Positions 1 to 11,245 are shown, counted from the first letter of the stretch. The stretch is DNA of 64,000 bases from Hyphomicrobiales bacterium (GCA_965227875.1 OZ245783.1:4897929-4961928), one strand, 5' to 3'. Numbers and translations are program-made. The notes: generated by a model not told the origin, from the sequence alone.

Positions 1-2
1 CC

Positions 3-1088
3 CTAGTCTTCCCGCCCGATCCAGCCGCGTCGCACGAAATAGAACAGCAGCCCGCCCGCAACCGCGGACATCAGGGCAAGGGCGAAAACATAGCCATACC
101 GCCAACCCAGTTCGGGCATGTTGAACGCCGAGGCGTTCCTGTCGAAATTCATCCCGTAGAGACTGGCGATGAAACTGAGCGGAATGAAGATGGTCGCCAT
201 GATGGTGAGGACCTTCATGATCTCGTTCATCCGGTTGCTCAGGCTGGTCAGGTAGATGTCCACCAGACCCGAACTGATCTCGCGATAGGTCTCCAGGATG
301 TCGATGAGCTGTACGGTGTGGTCGTAGCAGTCCCGCAGATAGACCACCGTCGGCTGGGCCACGAGTTCGCCCTCGTGACGCATCAGCGCGTTGATCATTT
401 CCCGTTGCGGCCACAGCGCCCTGCGAAGCTCGAACAGGTCCCGCTTGACCTGGTGGATCTTGCGCATCTGCGCATTCCGCGGCTTGTCTATGACGTCGTT
501 CTCCAGCGCCTCGATCAGTTCGCCGCGCTGTTCCAGCGCAGGGAAATACCCGTCGATGACCGCGTCGAGGATGGCATAGGCGAGATAGTCCGGACCGAAC
601 AGCCGGATCCGGCCGTTTTCCGACCGCAGCCGCTCGCGCACGTTCTCGAGGCAGTCGCCGGACCGTTCCTGGAAGGTGATCACGTAGTCGGGCCCGAGAA
701 AAAGGCTGAGCTGTTCGGCGGCCGTGTCCGCGGGATCGGCCAGCATCTGTGTGACGATGAAGATCTGGCCGTCATACTCCTCGAGCTTCGGACGCTGGTG
801 GAGATTGACCACATCCTCCAGGGCCAGCCTGTGGATACCGAAACTCTCCCCGATCCGGCGGATGAGTTCGATGTCCGCGAGGCCGTCGACATTGATCCAG
901 GTGAGACCGTCCCCGTCCGCCCAGGCTTTCAGGTCACCGGCCTCTGCGTCCCTGTGTTCCTCGAAGAAATCCGGTCCGTAGCGGAAGCAGGTCAGCGACG
1001 TCGGGTCGGAGGAAGGATCCGCGACGAGGGTTCCGGGGGATGCCCCGACGGGTGTGCGTTTGCGCCGGCGCGGTACACCCCTAGCCAT
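3..1088 (-). CDS. corA: CorA-family Mg2+/Co2+ transporter
   Basis: 361-aa ORF with ATG at 1086-1088. The C-terminal membrane segments carry the CorA signature YGMNF. The start overlaps the stop of the upstream J-domain gene by 8 nt. Confidence 0.9.
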   Translation of the reverse strand: MARGVPRRRKRTPVGASPGTLVADPSSDPTSLTCFRYGPDFFEEHRDAEAGDLKAWADGDGLTWINVDGLADIELIRRIGESFGIHRLALEDVVNLHQRPKLEEYDGQIFIVTQMLADPADTAAEQLSLFLGPDYVITFQERSGDCLENVRERLRSENGRIRLFGPDYLAYAILDAVIDGYFPALEQRGELIEALENDVIDKPRNAQMRKIHQVKRDLFELRRALWPQREMINALMRHEGELVAQPTVVYLRDCYDHTVQLIDILETYREISSGLVDIYLTSLSNRMNEIMKVLTIMATIFIPLSFIASLYGMNFDRNASAFNMPELGWRYGYVFALALMSAVAGGLLFYFVRRGWIGRED

Positions 1089-1797
1089 CGAGCAGCACGT
1101 CTTTCGCCTGGTTGATGCGCGCGGCGAGATACGCCGACCCGCCCTGGTCGGGATGATAGGCCTTCATCAGCCGACGGTGGGCCGCACGGATGTCCTTTTC
1201 TCCCGCCGCGTCGTCGAGACCGAGTATCTCGAGCGCCTCCGTGCGTGACATGCCTCCGGAGCGGGCCTGACGTTCTCCCGACGAAGACGGGTCGCTGTCC
1301 GTGCCTTCGAAGGCCTCGTCTTTCCGCCAGTCGGGTTTCTTGCGGTCGAGATAGGCCTCGAGAACCGCCGCGCTCTGGTCCCCCGCCCTGGTGCACTCGG
1401 AGAACAGCGTCGCCAGATCCGACATCGTCAGATCGTCCAGCATCTGGCCGGCGAAGGCGCCGCTGACCACCCTGCCCCCCATGTCACCGGTGGCGTGATC
1501 GAGTTCCATTTCGAGCATCGCGGTCCGCACGCGGGATGCGCCACCCGCGTTGCGCCTCCCGCGGCCCGTCGAACTGAACGGATTGCTGCGCGCCGCACTT
1601 CCCATCGCCAGCGTGAAAATCTGCCGTGCGAGGCCGAAGCGCCCGGTGAACATCAGGATCGCCGCCAGCAGGAATGCCACGCCGATGCTGATCGGCTTGG
1701 CCTTGCGTGCAAGCTGGGCCGGGTTCGACTTCACGAACAGCACCGCGAGCACGTAGAGAATGCCCGCCCCGAGCAGAAGAAAGATGAGAATGCGCAT
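1081..1797 (-). CDS. Membrane-anchored J-domain (DnaJ-like) protein
   Basis: 238 aa. The N-terminus is hydrophobic ([21 protein letters not shown]..., [12 protein letters not shown]). The C-terminal J domain has the HPD motif (...[14 protein letters not shown]...). There is no Zn-finger or DnaJ C-terminal domain. Confidence 0.8.
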   Translation of the reverse strand: MRILIFLLLGAGILYVLAVLFVKSNPAQLARKAKPISIGVAFLLAAILMFTGRFGLARQIFTLAMGSAARSNPFSSTGRGRRNAGGASRVRTAMLEMELDHATGDMGGRVVSGAFAGQMLDDLTMSDLATLFSECTRAGDQSAAVLEAYLDRKKPDWRKDEAFEGTDSDPSSSGERQARSGGMSRTEALEILGLDDAAGEKDIRAAHRRLMKAYHPDQGGSAYLAARINQAKDVLLDG

Positions 1798-1808
1798 CTG
1801 GCCCGGAC

Positions 1809-2537
1809 TTACCTGATCTGGCTCAGCAGCAGCTGCGCACTGCCGCCACGCGACTTCGAATAGTCTTCCAGCGCCCGTCTCCCGCCCGCGGCATAGACCG
1901 CGACCGAGGACAGCAATTCGCGTAGCTGCGCGGCGGATCCGGCATCGAAACGGCAGAAGGCGCCTCCCGTGAGGCGCGCGATTTCGCGGAACGCCTGTTC
2001 CGCGATAGCATCATAGCCTTCCTGGAACATGAAGAGCGGAAGCCCGAGCAGCCCGATCTCGCCGGCCCGCTCGCACAGTTCGTCGACATTTTCCTCCATG
2101 CAGTCGCCGACATAGACGACCGCGCTCACCTTGGCGCGCTCGTGCTCGTTGCGCACATGCTCGAGCACCCGCCGGATCTGGGTCTGCCCGCCACGACAGG
2201 AGACGCTGGTCATCAGGTCAGACAGGGCCTGGGCGTCGCTCGCCCAGCGGCTTGCCTTGCACTCGCGGAACCCGCGGAAATAGACAAGCTGCACGTCCAG
2301 CCCACCGATCCGGTCTGTCTCGTGAAACATCTCCGCCTGGAGCGTACAGGCCGTGTCCCACGTCGGCTGCCGGCTCATGGTGGCGTCCATCGCGAAGATG
2401 AGACGGCCGCGCTCGCCGGCCGATACGGGCGGCGGCGTCGAGCGGACCTTGTCGAGAAACGCCGCAACGTCATCTGCGTTCGATGTCTCGATGTCCTTTT
2501 TCTGCCCGGACACGGGTGGTTTGCTGGAGCCAGTCAT
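1809..2537 (-). CDS. Cytoplasmic VWA-domain protein
   Basis: 242 aa with no signal peptide. It has a MIDAS-like DATMS motif in [12 protein letters not shown] and a [10 protein letters not shown] strand typical of the VWA fold. It lies 11 nt upstream of the J-domain gene. Confidence 0.65.
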   Translation of the reverse strand: MTGSSKPPVSGQKKDIETSNADDVAAFLDKVRSTPPPVSAGERGRLIFAMDATMSRQPTWDTACTLQAEMFHETDRIGGLDVQLVYFRGFRECKASRWASDAQALSDLMTSVSCRGGQTQIRRVLEHVRNEHERAKVSAVVYVGDCMEENVDELCERAGEIGLLGLPLFMFQEGYDAIAEQAFREIARLTGGAFCRFDAGSAAQLRELLSSVAVYAAGGRRALEDYSKSRGGSAQLLLSQIR

Positions 2538-2560
2538 CGACCTTTCCTCATACCGGAGGA

Positions 2561-2566
2561 ATTATA
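2561..2566 (-). promoter_or_regulatory. Candidate -10 box (TATAAT) for the VWA/J-domain/corA unit
   Basis: Plus-strand attata is a perfect TATAAT on the minus strand, about 25 nt upstream of the VWA ATG. A GAGGAAAGG Shine-Dalgarno lies between them. No good -35 was seen. Confidence 0.3.
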
Positions 2567-2653
2567 CAATATCCTGCCGGCCCGCCAGAAATTTGCCGTT
2601 ACCGGATAGATTGGTCCAGATTCCGGAATTGCCAGTGCCGTCTGTCGCCGTGG

Positions 2654-3523
2654 TTACTGCGCGACCGCCGCGCCCGGCGGGAAAGGCCGGCTTTCGACCC
2701 GATGGTGGTATGGCAGTTCGAGGGTGTCCAGAAGCGTTTGAACTTCCTTGCGCGCGGCAAGATGGGAAACGGACAGTTCCGTCGTGTCCTCGCCCACGTC
2801 GAAAAGTGTGAGGCCCGCCGGAAACAGCTCCCTGAACACCACCCGCTCCGATACGCCCGGCGCCACCCGGAACTCAAGCCGCGAAGACAGATCGTTCACC
2901 GCATGCTCGATTCGCGCGGCATTGTGCGACTGCAGCGGCGAAAGCCTGTTGCGCACGACGACCCAGTCGACCCGGCCTTCGTCGACGACGTTCCGCCGGC
3001 GCCGGCTCTGATGGACCATGTCCGCGTATTGCGACACATTGCGAAACTCCAGCGTATCGACATCCACGCTGGCCAGAACATCGAGGTCGAGAAAACTGTC
3101 GTTGATGGGCGTCACGAGGGTGTCCGCCATGGAATGCCCGAGTCTCGACAGGTAGGTGTCGCTGCCCGGCGAATCGACGATCAGGAAATCGCAGGTATGT
3201 TCCAGGGTCCCGATCGCCTCGGCGAATGCGGCGAACTCGGCGTCCTCGTCCTTGCGCAGGTGCCCTTCGGGCCCGAGAACGATCGTGCGGTGATCCGGCA
3301 TGGGGACCTCGCGTTCGCTCCGTTCTGACCATTGCCTGCGGTTGTTTATGTAGCGCGTCAGGGACTGCTGGCGGCTGTCGATGTCGATGCTTCCAACCGT
3401 CTTCCCGCGATTGAGCAGCGCCACGATCAGGTGCATCGCGGTGGTCGTCTTTCCCGAACCGCCCTTTTCGTTGCCGAGGACGATGACGTGCGCGTTTTTC
3501 GGAAGCCCCTCGGATACGCTCAT
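2654..3523 (-). CDS. mipZ: MipZ-type ParA-like ATPase (division plane positioning)
   Basis: Deviant Walker A GNEKGGSGKTT followed by TAMHLIVALL..GKTVGSIDIDSRQQSL, typical of MipZ. The ORF track starts at GTG 3529. The first ATG is at 3523. Confidence 0.8.
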   Translation of the reverse strand: MSVSEGLPKNAHVIVLGNEKGGSGKTTTAMHLIVALLNRGKTVGSIDIDSRQQSLTRYINNRRQWSERSEREVPMPDHRTIVLGPEGHLRKDEDAEFAAFAEAIGTLEHTCDFLIVDSPGSDTYLSRLGHSMADTLVTPINDSFLDLDVLASVDVDTLEFRNVSQYADMVHQSRRRRNVVDEGRVDWVVVRNRLSPLQSHNAARIEHAVNDLSSRLEFRVAPGVSERVVFRELFPAGLTLFDVGEDTTELSVSHLAARKEVQTLLDTLELPYHHRVESRPFPPGAAVAQ

Positions 3524-3720
3524 GGACACACGACACAGCGACGCAACTGACCCGTCATGGACTTCTGCTCCCCTCGGTCACTTCCCCCGCCCCGGCCTTG
3601 ACGCCGAATCCCTTGCAACGAGAGTACGGCGGGGAAGGATAAGGTCAAGACTGTGGGAAGATTGTGGCCGGTCCCCGAACCCGGTGTCCCGAAACGGCCA
3701 CAGGCGCGGAACGGTCGAGG

Positions 3721-4134
3721 TCAGAGCAGGCCGAGTTCGACCAGTTCGGCCCGCATTTCCGGGGGGACATCGTCCAGCGCGCCTGACGGCAGGTCCTTCG
3801 GCACATCCGCGCCTTCGATGTATCTCCAGCCCTGAAAGGCGCGACGCGGCTGCGGCCGTGTGAGAACGATCTCGTGGTCGAGCATCAGCCGGCACCGCCG
3901 GATGCCCTCCTCATCGGTGAAGGGACAGATGTCGGCCAGCCGCTGGCGGCACTGGATCTGCCCGCGGATCACCCAGTAGAGCGAACCGCCATCGAGCAAC
4001 TCGTCCTTGCGCCGGGGAATCATCCGCGTGGTGTGGAACAGGCCCGCGCCCTGTGCGCGGCGGCGTTTCTGCCATGCGACCAGTTCGTCCACCTCGGAAA
4101 CACCGACACAGAGTTTGAGCAGATGAAGCGCCAT
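3721..4134 (-). CDS. DUF1489-family protein
   Basis: 137 aa. The MALHLLKLCVGV...GGSLYWVIRG pattern is recognised from memory as DUF1489. Confidence 0.6.
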   Translation of the reverse strand: MALHLLKLCVGVSEVDELVAWQKRRRAQGAGLFHTTRMIPRRKDELLDGGSLYWVIRGQIQCRQRLADICPFTDEEGIRRCRLMLDHEIVLTRPQPRRAFQGWRYIEGADVPKDLPSGALDDVPPEMRAELVELGLL

Positions 4135-4228
4135 GACCCGAAACTATCGCGATGCTCGCGGCCGACCAAGGCGCAATGACGACATATCCACACGGCCACC
4201 GGGCCGGGGCCGCCGGCGGCGGCGCAAC

Positions 4229-6244
4229 CTAGTCCTCTTCGGCGTCGTCGGTAATCCGGATGAGGATCTGGCCTTCCGCCACCTGGTCGCCGACCGACAC
4301 GGCCACCTCGTCGACAACGCCGGCGCTGCCCGCCGTGAGGGAATGTTCCATCTTCATGGCCTCGAGGACCGCCAGCCGCGTCCCCTTTTCGACCCGGTCT
4401 CCCGCCGAAACCTCGAGCAGGTGCAGGCGTCCCGACATAGGTGCACGCACCAGCCCGCCGCCGCTGCCGCCTTCGATGTCGCGATCGAGCAGATCGGTTT
4501 CACGGATCTCCACCTGGCGTCCGCCGACGATCACGAAAAGCGTGTCCGCGTCGGGAACGAGATGTGCACGGAAATTTCGTCCATCGTGCCTGACCGACAG
4601 CGTTCCCTCGCCGGACGTCAGGGGCACAAGCCGCAACGGGTCCGCACCGTCGACGGCAATCACCATGTCGTCACCGTCACGGCAGAGGGACACGACACTC
4701 TCCTCGCCGTTGATGGTCAGGTGAAGAACGCTTGGTCGCGGGGGCCCCAGTTGCCAGCCGCCGTCGCCGGACCAGGGCGATACATGGCCTGACGCAAGGA
4801 CCTGCGTGCGCCGGTGCTCCAGATGCTGCATCCACGCCATGGCGCAGAGGCCCGGAATGACGAGCCTGTCGCTGCCGGGAGCGAAATCGCTCTTGTGGGT
4901 ATCGAGAAAGGACGTATCGATATCCTCGGCCCGGAAGGCGGGATGGGCGAGAACCGTACGAAGGTACCCCGCATTGCTCCTTGGCCCGGCCACGACACAA
5001 GCATCGAGTGCGGCCGTCAGGCGCGAGATTGCCTCGTCCCTGTCCCGCCCCCAGGAAATGACCTTGGCGATCATGGGATCGTAGTGCCGCGAGACCTCGT
5101 CGCCGGAGCGAACACCCGTATCGATACGCAGGCCGTCCATGCCCTCCGGCGTATCGAAACGTCTCAGCCTGCCGGTGCTCGGCAGAAACCCGTTGTCCGG
5201 ATCTTCGGCGTACAACCGGACTTCCATCGCATGGCCGTTCAGCCGGATGGCGTCCTGTGCGCATGGCAGCGGCTCGCCGGAAGCGACCCTGAGCTGCCAC
5301 TCCACAAGATCCTGGCCGGTGATCATCTCCGTCACGGGATGCTCGACCTGGAGGCGGGTGTTCATCTCCATGAAGTAGAACGCATCCTCACGCAGGCCGT
5401 CCGTCGTGTCCGCGATGAACTCCACCGTACCGGCCCCGACATACCCCACGGCTTTCGCGGCCGCGACCGCCGCCTCGCCCATGCGTGTCCGCATTTCATC
5501 CGAGATGCCCGGGGCCGGCGCCTCCTCGACCACCTTCTGGTGACGGCGCTGCAGCGAGCAGTCTCTTTCGAAGAGGTGCACGGCCTCTCCGTGGGTGTCC
5601 GCGAAGACCTGGATCTCGATGTGGCGCGGCCGGCCGACGAACTTCTCGACGAGTACGCGGTCGTCGCCGAATGCGTTCGCGGCCTCGCGCCGCGCCGATG
5701 CCAGCGCCTGGGTGAACTCAGGCGGTCCGTCCACGCGCCTCATGCCTTTCCCGCCACCGCCGGCGACGGCCTTGATGAGGACCGGGTAACCGATTTCGTC
5801 AGCCGCGCTTGCCAGGACGCCATCCGCTTGGTCGTCGCCGTGATATCCGGGAACGACCGGTACGCCGGCCTCTTCCATGATCCGCTTCGCCGCATCCTTG
5901 AGACCCATCGCCCGGATCGCGTCGGCCGGCGGACCCACGAAGGCGACCCCGGCCTTCGCGCAGGCCTCCGCGAAGGCCGCGTTCTCGGACAGGAACCCGT
6001 ATCCCGGATGAATGCACTGCGCACCGGACCGTGCCGCCGCCTCGAGGATGGCATCGGCCCTGAGATAGCTTTGCGCGGGGTCCGGCGGCCCCAGCCTGTA
6101 GGCCTCGTCGGCCAGCGCCACATGCATGGCGTCGCGGTCGGCATCGGAATAGACCGCAACGGTCTTCAGGCCCAGCCGCCTCGCGGTGCGCATGATCCGC
6201 ACGGCGATCTCGCCACGGTTTGCAATGAGTACGGAGGAAAACAT
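4229..6244 (-). CDS. mccA: Methylcrotonyl-CoA carboxylase alpha subunit (biotin carboxylase plus biotinyl domain)
   Basis: The true start MFSSVLIANRGEIAVRI (ATG 6242-6244) lies 114 codons inside the ORF-track ORF. It has an ATP-grasp region and a C-terminal biotinylation motif EAMKME. It follows the MCC beta gene after a 5-nt gap. Confidence 0.85.
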   Translation of the reverse strand: MFSSVLIANRGEIAVRIMRTARRLGLKTVAVYSDADRDAMHVALADEAYRLGPPDPAQSYLRADAILEAAARSGAQCIHPGYGFLSENAAFAEACAKAGVAFVGPPADAIRAMGLKDAAKRIMEEAGVPVVPGYHGDDQADGVLASAADEIGYPVLIKAVAGGGGKGMRRVDGPPEFTQALASARREAANAFGDDRVLVEKFVGRPRHIEIQVFADTHGEAVHLFERDCSLQRRHQKVVEEAPAPGISDEMRTRMGEAAVAAAKAVGYVGAGTVEFIADTTDGLREDAFYFMEMNTRLQVEHPVTEMITGQDLVEWQLRVASGEPLPCAQDAIRLNGHAMEVRLYAEDPDNGFLPSTGRLRRFDTPEGMDGLRIDTGVRSGDEVSRHYDPMIAKVISWGRDRDEAISRLTAALDACVVAGPRSNAGYLRTVLAHPAFRAEDIDTSFLDTHKSDFAPGSDRLVIPGLCAMAWMQHLEHRRTQVLASGHVSPWSGDGGWQLGPPRPSVLHLTINGEESVVSLCRDGDDMVIAVDGADPLRLVPLTSGEGTLSVRHDGRNFRAHLVPDADTLFVIVGGRQVEIRETDLLDRDIEGGSGGGLVRAPMSGRLHLLEVSAGDRVEKGTRLAVLEAMKMEHSLTAGSAGVVDEVAVSVGDQVAEGQILIRITDDAEED

Positions 6245-6249
6245 GGGTG

Positions 6250-7857
6250 TCACATCCGGAAAATGCCGAAATCGGTGTCCGGCACCGGGGCATTCAGCGT
6301 TGCGGAAAGCGAGAGACCGAGGACCATGCGCGTCTCCGAAGGCAGGATGACACCGTCGTCCCAGAGCCGCGCGGTCGCGAAATAGGGATGGCCTTCCGCC
6401 TCGATGCGTTCTCGGATCGGGCGCTTGAAGTCCTCTTCCTCTTCGGCGCTCCAGGCGCCGCCGTCGGCCTCTATGTTGTCGCGGCGCACAGTCGCCAGCA
6501 CGCTCGCCGCCTGCTCGCCGCCCATCACCGAGATACGGGCGTTCGGCCACATGTACAGGAACCTCGGGCTGTAGCCGCGACCGCACATGCCGTAATTGCC
6601 GGCCCCGAACGAGCCGCCGATGATGACCGTGATCTTGGGCACGCTGGCACAGGCCACGGCCGTCACCATCTTCGCGCCGTCCTTCGCGATTCCGCCGGCT
6701 TCATACTTCTGGCCGACCATGAAGCCGGAAATGTTCTGCAGGAAGAGCAGCGGAATGCGCCTCTGGCAGCACAGTTCGATGAAGTGCGCCGCCTTTGTCG
6801 CCGATTCCGAATAGAGGATCCCGTTATTGGCCACGATGCCCACAGGGTGGCCCATGATATGGGCGAATCCCGTCACCACCGTCGTGCCGTACAGCTTCTT
6901 GAATTCGTCGAGCTCCGAATTGTCGACCAGCCGGGCGATCACCTCTCGCACATCGTACTGGACGGCGAAGGACCGGGGCACGATCCCGTCGAGATCCGAC
7001 GCGTCGTAGCGCGGTTCGCGTGAGGCCCTCAACTCGATGTCATTGGGCTTGCGCATGTTCAGATCCGCGACGATGCTCCGCCCGATCGCCAGCGCGTGCG
7101 TATCGTCCATCGCATAGTGGTCCGCGACACCGCTCTGGCGGGTGTGCACGTCGGCACCACCGAGATCCTCGGCACTGACAACCTCTCCGAGCGCGGCCTT
7201 CACCAGCGGCGGGCCAGCCAGGAAAATGGTTCCCTGCTTGCGCACGATCACGGTCTCGTCCGCCATCGCGGGCATGTAGGCGCCGCCCGCCGTGCACGAC
7301 CCCATGACAATGGCGATCTGCGGAATGCCCATGGCGGACATCGTGGCCTGGTTGTAGAAAATGCGGCCGAAATGGTCCCGGTCGGGGAAGACGTCGGTCT
7401 GCATCGGCAGGTTGGCGCCGCCGGAGTCGACCATGTAGACGCACGGCAGCCTGTTCTCGCGCGCGATCTCCTGGGCGCGCAGGTGCTTCTTGATGGTCAT
7501 CGGGTAGTAGCTGCCGCCCTTGATCGTCGCATCGTTGCACACGATCATGACCTCGCGCCCCGACACGTGCCCGATGCCCGTTATGACGCCCGCACTGTGG
7601 ATATCGTCGTCGTACATGCCGTACGCGGCAAGCTGGCTCAGTTCGAGAAACGGCGTTCCCGGATCGATGAACCGCATCACGCGTTCGCGTGGCAGGAGCT
7701 TTCCGCGGTCCAGGTGGCGCTTGCGCGCACGTTCGCTGCCCCCCACGGCAACCTGCGCCCGCTTATCGGCGAGGTCCCGGGCGAGAGCCCGGTTTACCTC
7801 GGCATTTTCCCTGAAACCGTCCGATCCCACGGAAACGCCGGATTCAAGCACGCTCAT
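6250..7857 (-). CDS. mccB: Methylcrotonyl-CoA carboxylase beta subunit (carboxyltransferase)
   Basis: Start MSVLESGV (ATG 7855-7857). It has the carboxyltransferase core (...[10 protein letters not shown]...[14 protein letters not shown]...[14 protein letters not shown]...) and sits in an operon with ivd. Confidence 0.9.
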   Translation of the reverse strand: MSVLESGVSVGSDGFRENAEVNRALARDLADKRAQVAVGGSERARKRHLDRGKLLPRERVMRFIDPGTPFLELSQLAAYGMYDDDIHSAGVITGIGHVSGREVMIVCNDATIKGGSYYPMTIKKHLRAQEIARENRLPCVYMVDSGGANLPMQTDVFPDRDHFGRIFYNQATMSAMGIPQIAIVMGSCTAGGAYMPAMADETVIVRKQGTIFLAGPPLVKAALGEVVSAEDLGGADVHTRQSGVADHYAMDDTHALAIGRSIVADLNMRKPNDIELRASREPRYDASDLDGIVPRSFAVQYDVREVIARLVDNSELDEFKKLYGTTVVTGFAHIMGHPVGIVANNGILYSESATKAAHFIELCCQRRIPLLFLQNISGFMVGQKYEAGGIAKDGAKMVTAVACASVPKITVIIGGSFGAGNYGMCGRGYSPRFLYMWPNARISVMGGEQAASVLATVRRDNIEADGGAWSAEEEEDFKRPIRERIEAEGHPYFATARLWDDGVILPSETRMVLGLSLSATLNAPVPDTDFGIFRM

Positions 7858-8261
7858 TTCTTGGGTTGAACCTCTTCGATCGGCGCCCCCGACTTTTTCC
7901 ATCCGCCGAAACCGCCGGCCATATGGCAGACCGGCGCGAGCCCCATGCGATGCGCCGTCTGCGCCGCCAGGGCCGATCGCATGCCGCCGGCACAATAGAA
8001 GACGTACTTCTTGTCCTGCCCGAAGACCTCCTTGTAATAGGGGCTCTCCGGATCGATCCAGAACTCGAGCATGCCGCGCGGTGCGTGGTAGGCACCGGGC
8101 ACCTTGCCCTCGCGCCAGAGTTCCCGCACGTCGCGGATGTCGACCATTACCACGTTCTCGTCCTCGAACATGGTCCGGGCCTGGTCGACATCGATGGTCT
8201 CGATTTCTTCCTCGGCCGCGGCGCACAGCGCCTTTATGCCTGTCGTGATCTCCTGTGCCAT
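7854..8261 (-). CDS. Single-domain rhodanese (sulfurtransferase)
   Basis: 135 aa starting MAQEITTG (ATG 8259-8261). The active-site loop is CAGGMRS. Its stop overlaps the mccB ATG (ATGA, 7854-7857). Confidence 0.8.
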   Translation of the reverse strand: MAQEITTGIKALCAAAEEEIETIDVDQARTMFEDENVVMVDIRDVRELWREGKVPGAYHAPRGMLEFWIDPESPYYKEVFGQDKKYVFYCAGGMRSALAAQTAHRMGLAPVCHMAGGFGGWKKSGAPIEEVQPKK

Positions 8262-8284
8262 CGTTCCCTCCCCGTTTCTTGCAA

Positions 8285-9481
8285 TCAGTTCAGTCGTTCG
8301 ACCGCGACCGCGGTGGCCTCGCCACCGCCGATGCAAAGCGACGCCACGCCGCGTTTCAGGTCATGCTTCTCCATGGCGGAAAGCAGGGTCACGATGATCC
8401 GCGCACCCGATGCACCCACAGGGTGTCCAAGCGCGCAGGCGCCGCCGTGGATATTGACCTTGTCGTGCGGCAGGTCGAGGTCCCTCATGGCGGCCATGGT
8501 CACGACCGCGAAGGCTTCGTTGATCTCGTAGAGGTCGACCTCGTCCTTGGACCATCCCGTCTGCTCGAAGAGCTTCTTCATCGCTCCGATCGGCGCCGTG
8601 GTAAACCAGGCCGGTTCCTGCGCCACGCCGGTCGCGCCGCGAATGGCGGCAAGCGGCGTGATGCCCCTTCTCTCCGCTTCGGAAAGCCGCATGAGCACGA
8701 GCGCGGCGCCACCGTCGGAAATGGAACTCGAATTGGCCGGGGTCACCGTACCGTCCTTGGCGAAGGCCGGACGGAGGCTCGGGATCTTGTCGGGTTGCGC
8801 GGTGAACGGCTGCTCGTCGGCGGTGATCTCGTTCTCCCCCTTGCGGGTCTTCACCGTCACCGGAACGATCTCGCTTGCAAAACTGCCGTCCTCGTTGGCG
8901 GTCTTCGCCCGCCGCAGGGACTCGATCGCGTAGGCGTCCTGAGCCTCCCGGGTGAACTGGTAGTGCCGTGCAGTGTCCTCGGCGAAGGTACCCATGAGGC
9001 GGCCCTTCTCGAAGGCATCCTCCAGACCGTCGAGGAACATGTGATCCTTGACCTCTCCGTGGCCCAGGCGGAGACCGCTTCGGACCTTCGGCAGGAGATA
9101 AGGCGCGTTGGTCATGCTTTCCATGCCGCCGGCGACGACGGTCTCGCCCGGACGCGCATGCAGCCCGTCATAGGCCATCATCACGGTCTTCATCCCCGAG
9201 CCGCACATCTTGTTGACGGTGGAGCACGGAACCTCTTTCGGAAGGCCGGCCGCGAAGGAAGCCTGGCGGGCGGGGGCCTGTCCCTGCCCGGCCGGCAACA
9301 CGCAGCCCATAAGCACCTCGTCCACGTCCGCGGCCTCGACCCCGGCGCGCCCGATCGCGGCCGCGATTGCCGCGCCGCCAAGCTCAGCTGCCGTCATCGG
9401 CGCAAGTTCCCCCTGAAAACCGCCCATGGGCGTGCGGGCCATTCCAACGATGACGACGGGATCGTCAGATTTTTCGGTCAT
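8285..9481 (-). CDS. Acetyl-CoA C-acetyltransferase (thiolase)
   Basis: 398 aa from [24 protein letters not shown]. Thiolase motifs present: [33 protein letters not shown]. Confidence 0.9.
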   Translation of the reverse strand: MTEKSDDPVVIVGMARTPMGGFQGELAPMTAAELGGAAIAAAIGRAGVEAADVDEVLMGCVLPAGQGQAPARQASFAAGLPKEVPCSTVNKMCGSGMKTVMMAYDGLHARPGETVVAGGMESMTNAPYLLPKVRSGLRLGHGEVKDHMFLDGLEDAFEKGRLMGTFAEDTARHYQFTREAQDAYAIESLRRAKTANEDGSFASEIVPVTVKTRKGENEITADEQPFTAQPDKIPSLRPAFAKDGTVTPANSSSISDGGAALVLMRLSEAERRGITPLAAIRGATGVAQEPAWFTTAPIGAMKKLFEQTGWSKDEVDLYEINEAFAVVTMAAMRDLDLPHDKVNIHGGACALGHPVGASGARIIVTLLSAMEKHDLKRGVASLCIGGGEATAVAVERLN

Positions 9482-9532
9482 GTGGTTCTCTCCTGCGTCG
9501 GGCGCATCGCGCACAGATGTGTCCGGTCCGGT

Positions 9533-10705
9533 TCAGGCCGTGTCCTTGAACAGTTCGCGGCCGATGAGCATGCGCCGGATCTCGGACGTACCGGCACCGA
9601 TCTCGTAGAGTTTCGCGTCGCGCAGCAGGCGGCCCGTCGGCGTATCGTTGATGTAGCCGGTGCCGCCCAGCGACTGGATCGCCTCCAGCGTCATCCAGGT
9701 CGCCTTCTCGGCCGCATAGAGGATCGCCCCCGCCGCGTCCTTGCGGGAGGTCTGGCCCGCGTCACAAGCCTGGGCGACGGCATAGACATAGGCCTTGCAG
9801 GCATTGTGCGTGGTGTACATGTCGGCGAGCTTGCCCTGCATGAGCTGGAAGGTGCCGATGGGCTGGCCGAACTGCTCGCGCTCGTGGACGTAGGGCACCA
9901 CGATATCCATGCAGGCCTGCATGATACCGAGCGGCCCGCCGGCGAGAACGGCGCGTTCGTAGTCCAGCCCGCTCATGAGGACGTTCACGCCCCGGCCGAG
10001 GCCGCCGACGATGTTCTCCTCCGGCACCTCGCAGTCCTCGAACACAAGCTCGCAGGTGTCGGAACCGCGCATGCCGAGCTTGTCGAGTTTCTGGGCGGTG
10101 GAGAACCCCTTGAAGTCCTTCTCGACGATGAAGGTGGTGATGCCCTTGGGCCCTGCGTCCGGATCCGTCTTGGCATAGACGAGCAGCGTGTCGGCCACGG
10201 GACCGTTCGTGATCCACATCTTGTTGCCGTTGAGGATGTAGAGGTCGCCTTTCTTTTCGGCACGGAGTTTCATGCCGACGACGTCTGAGCCGGCCCCGGG
10301 CTCGGACATGGCGAGAGAACCCACGTGTTCGCCCGACATCAGCTTGGGCAGGTATTTCCGTTTCTGCTCCTCGGTACCGTTGCGGCGCAACTGGTTGATG
10401 CAGAGATTCGAGTGCGCACCGTAGGAAAGCCCGACGCTCGCCGAACCGCGGCTGACCTCCTCCATGGCGATCACGTGTTCAAGATAGCCCATGCCGGACC
10501 CGCCATACTCCTCCTCGACCGTGATGCCGTGCAGGCCAAGTTCGCCCAGCATGGGCCACAGGTCGCGCGGGAACGTGTTGCTGCGGTCGATCTCGTCCGC
10601 CCTCGGCGAAATGTGATCGGCGGTGAAGGAGCGAACCGTGTCGCGCAACATTTCTGCGGTGTCGCCGAGACGGAAATCGAGGCTGGGATAGTCGTTGGGG
10701 ATCAT
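9533..10705 (-). CDS. ivd: Isovaleryl-CoA dehydrogenase
   Basis: 390 aa with an acyl-CoA dehydrogenase fold. The IVD-like N-terminus is ...[31 protein letters not shown]... and the C-terminus is [21 protein letters not shown]. Confidence 0.9.
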   Translation of the reverse strand: MIPNDYPSLDFRLGDTAEMLRDTVRSFTADHISPRADEIDRSNTFPRDLWPMLGELGLHGITVEEEYGGSGMGYLEHVIAMEEVSRGSASVGLSYGAHSNLCINQLRRNGTEEQKRKYLPKLMSGEHVGSLAMSEPGAGSDVVGMKLRAEKKGDLYILNGNKMWITNGPVADTLLVYAKTDPDAGPKGITTFIVEKDFKGFSTAQKLDKLGMRGSDTCELVFEDCEVPEENIVGGLGRGVNVLMSGLDYERAVLAGGPLGIMQACMDIVVPYVHEREQFGQPIGTFQLMQGKLADMYTTHNACKAYVYAVAQACDAGQTSRKDAAGAILYAAEKATWMTLEAIQSLGGTGYINDTPTGRLLRDAKLYEIGAGTSEIRRMLIGRELFKDTA

Positions 10706-10762
10706 GTGTCAGAGCCGTTTCATCTGTTCGTTCGTTACTGTGTCCGTATTTCCCGGTGGCGA

Positions 10763-11245
10763 TCAACCGATATCCTGCGTGAGGCGGTGTCCGGCGGGAT
10801 GATCGCTGCGGTCGTGCAGGGCCATGAAGGTTCCGAGCATCGTCGCGCATGGTTTTTCCACGCCGTCTTCCTCCACGCTGACATCGGAACGGCAGACGAT
10901 CAGCGTCCGGCCGGACCGCACGACCTCTCCGCGCGCGATGAGGCGTTCGCCCCGGGCCGGCGCGACGAGATTGAGCTTGTATTCCACCGTGAGGATCGAG
11001 TCGCTCGCCCCGAGAAGGCTGAAGGCCGCGTATCCGCCCGCATTGTCGGCCACGGTGCCGACCACACCTCCGTGAAAGAAGCCGTGCTGCTGGCAAAGAC
11101 CGGGATCGCGGTCGAGGTCGATCCGCACGCGGCCGGGCTCGACCTGCGTCAGCCGCGCGCCGATCGTCTTCATGAATGACTGGCGGTCGAAGCTGCCCGC
11201 CGTGCGCTCCCGGAACTCCGGATTTCTCGGCTGGAAGGTCGTCAT
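10763..11245 (-). CDS. PaaI-family hotdog thioesterase
   Basis: 160 aa from MTTFQPRN (ATG 11243-11245). It has the HGGVVGTVADNAGGYA motif typical of PaaI/4HBT thioesterases. Its start overlaps the liuR stop (ATGA). Confidence 0.75.
   Translation of the reverse strand: MTTFQPRNPEFRERTAGSFDRQSFMKTIGARLTQVEPGRVRIDLDRDPGLCQQHGFFHGGVVGTVADNAGGYAAFSLLGASDSILTVEYKLNLVAPARGERLIARGEVVRSGRTLIVCRSDVSVEEDGVEKPCATMLGTFMALHDRSDHPAGHRLTQDIG

Noticed and set aside
2620-2629. ATTCCGGAAT palindrome and several CCGGA-containing repeats in the mipZ-VWA spacer
   Set aside because: These are short (10 bp or less) motifs that could easily arise by chance, with no supporting context.
4229-6586. N-terminal extensions in the ORF track. 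Examples are 4229..6586, 6250..8226, 10763..11710, 20492..21358, 21258..22049, 24666..26147, 29332..30798, 45666..49919, 54670..55332 and 62109..63875
   Set aside because: The conserved protein N-termini begin at internal ATG or GTG codons that have Shine-Dalgarno sequences or start/stop overlaps with the upstream gene. The extended parts are Arg/Gly-rich and would overlap neighbouring genes.
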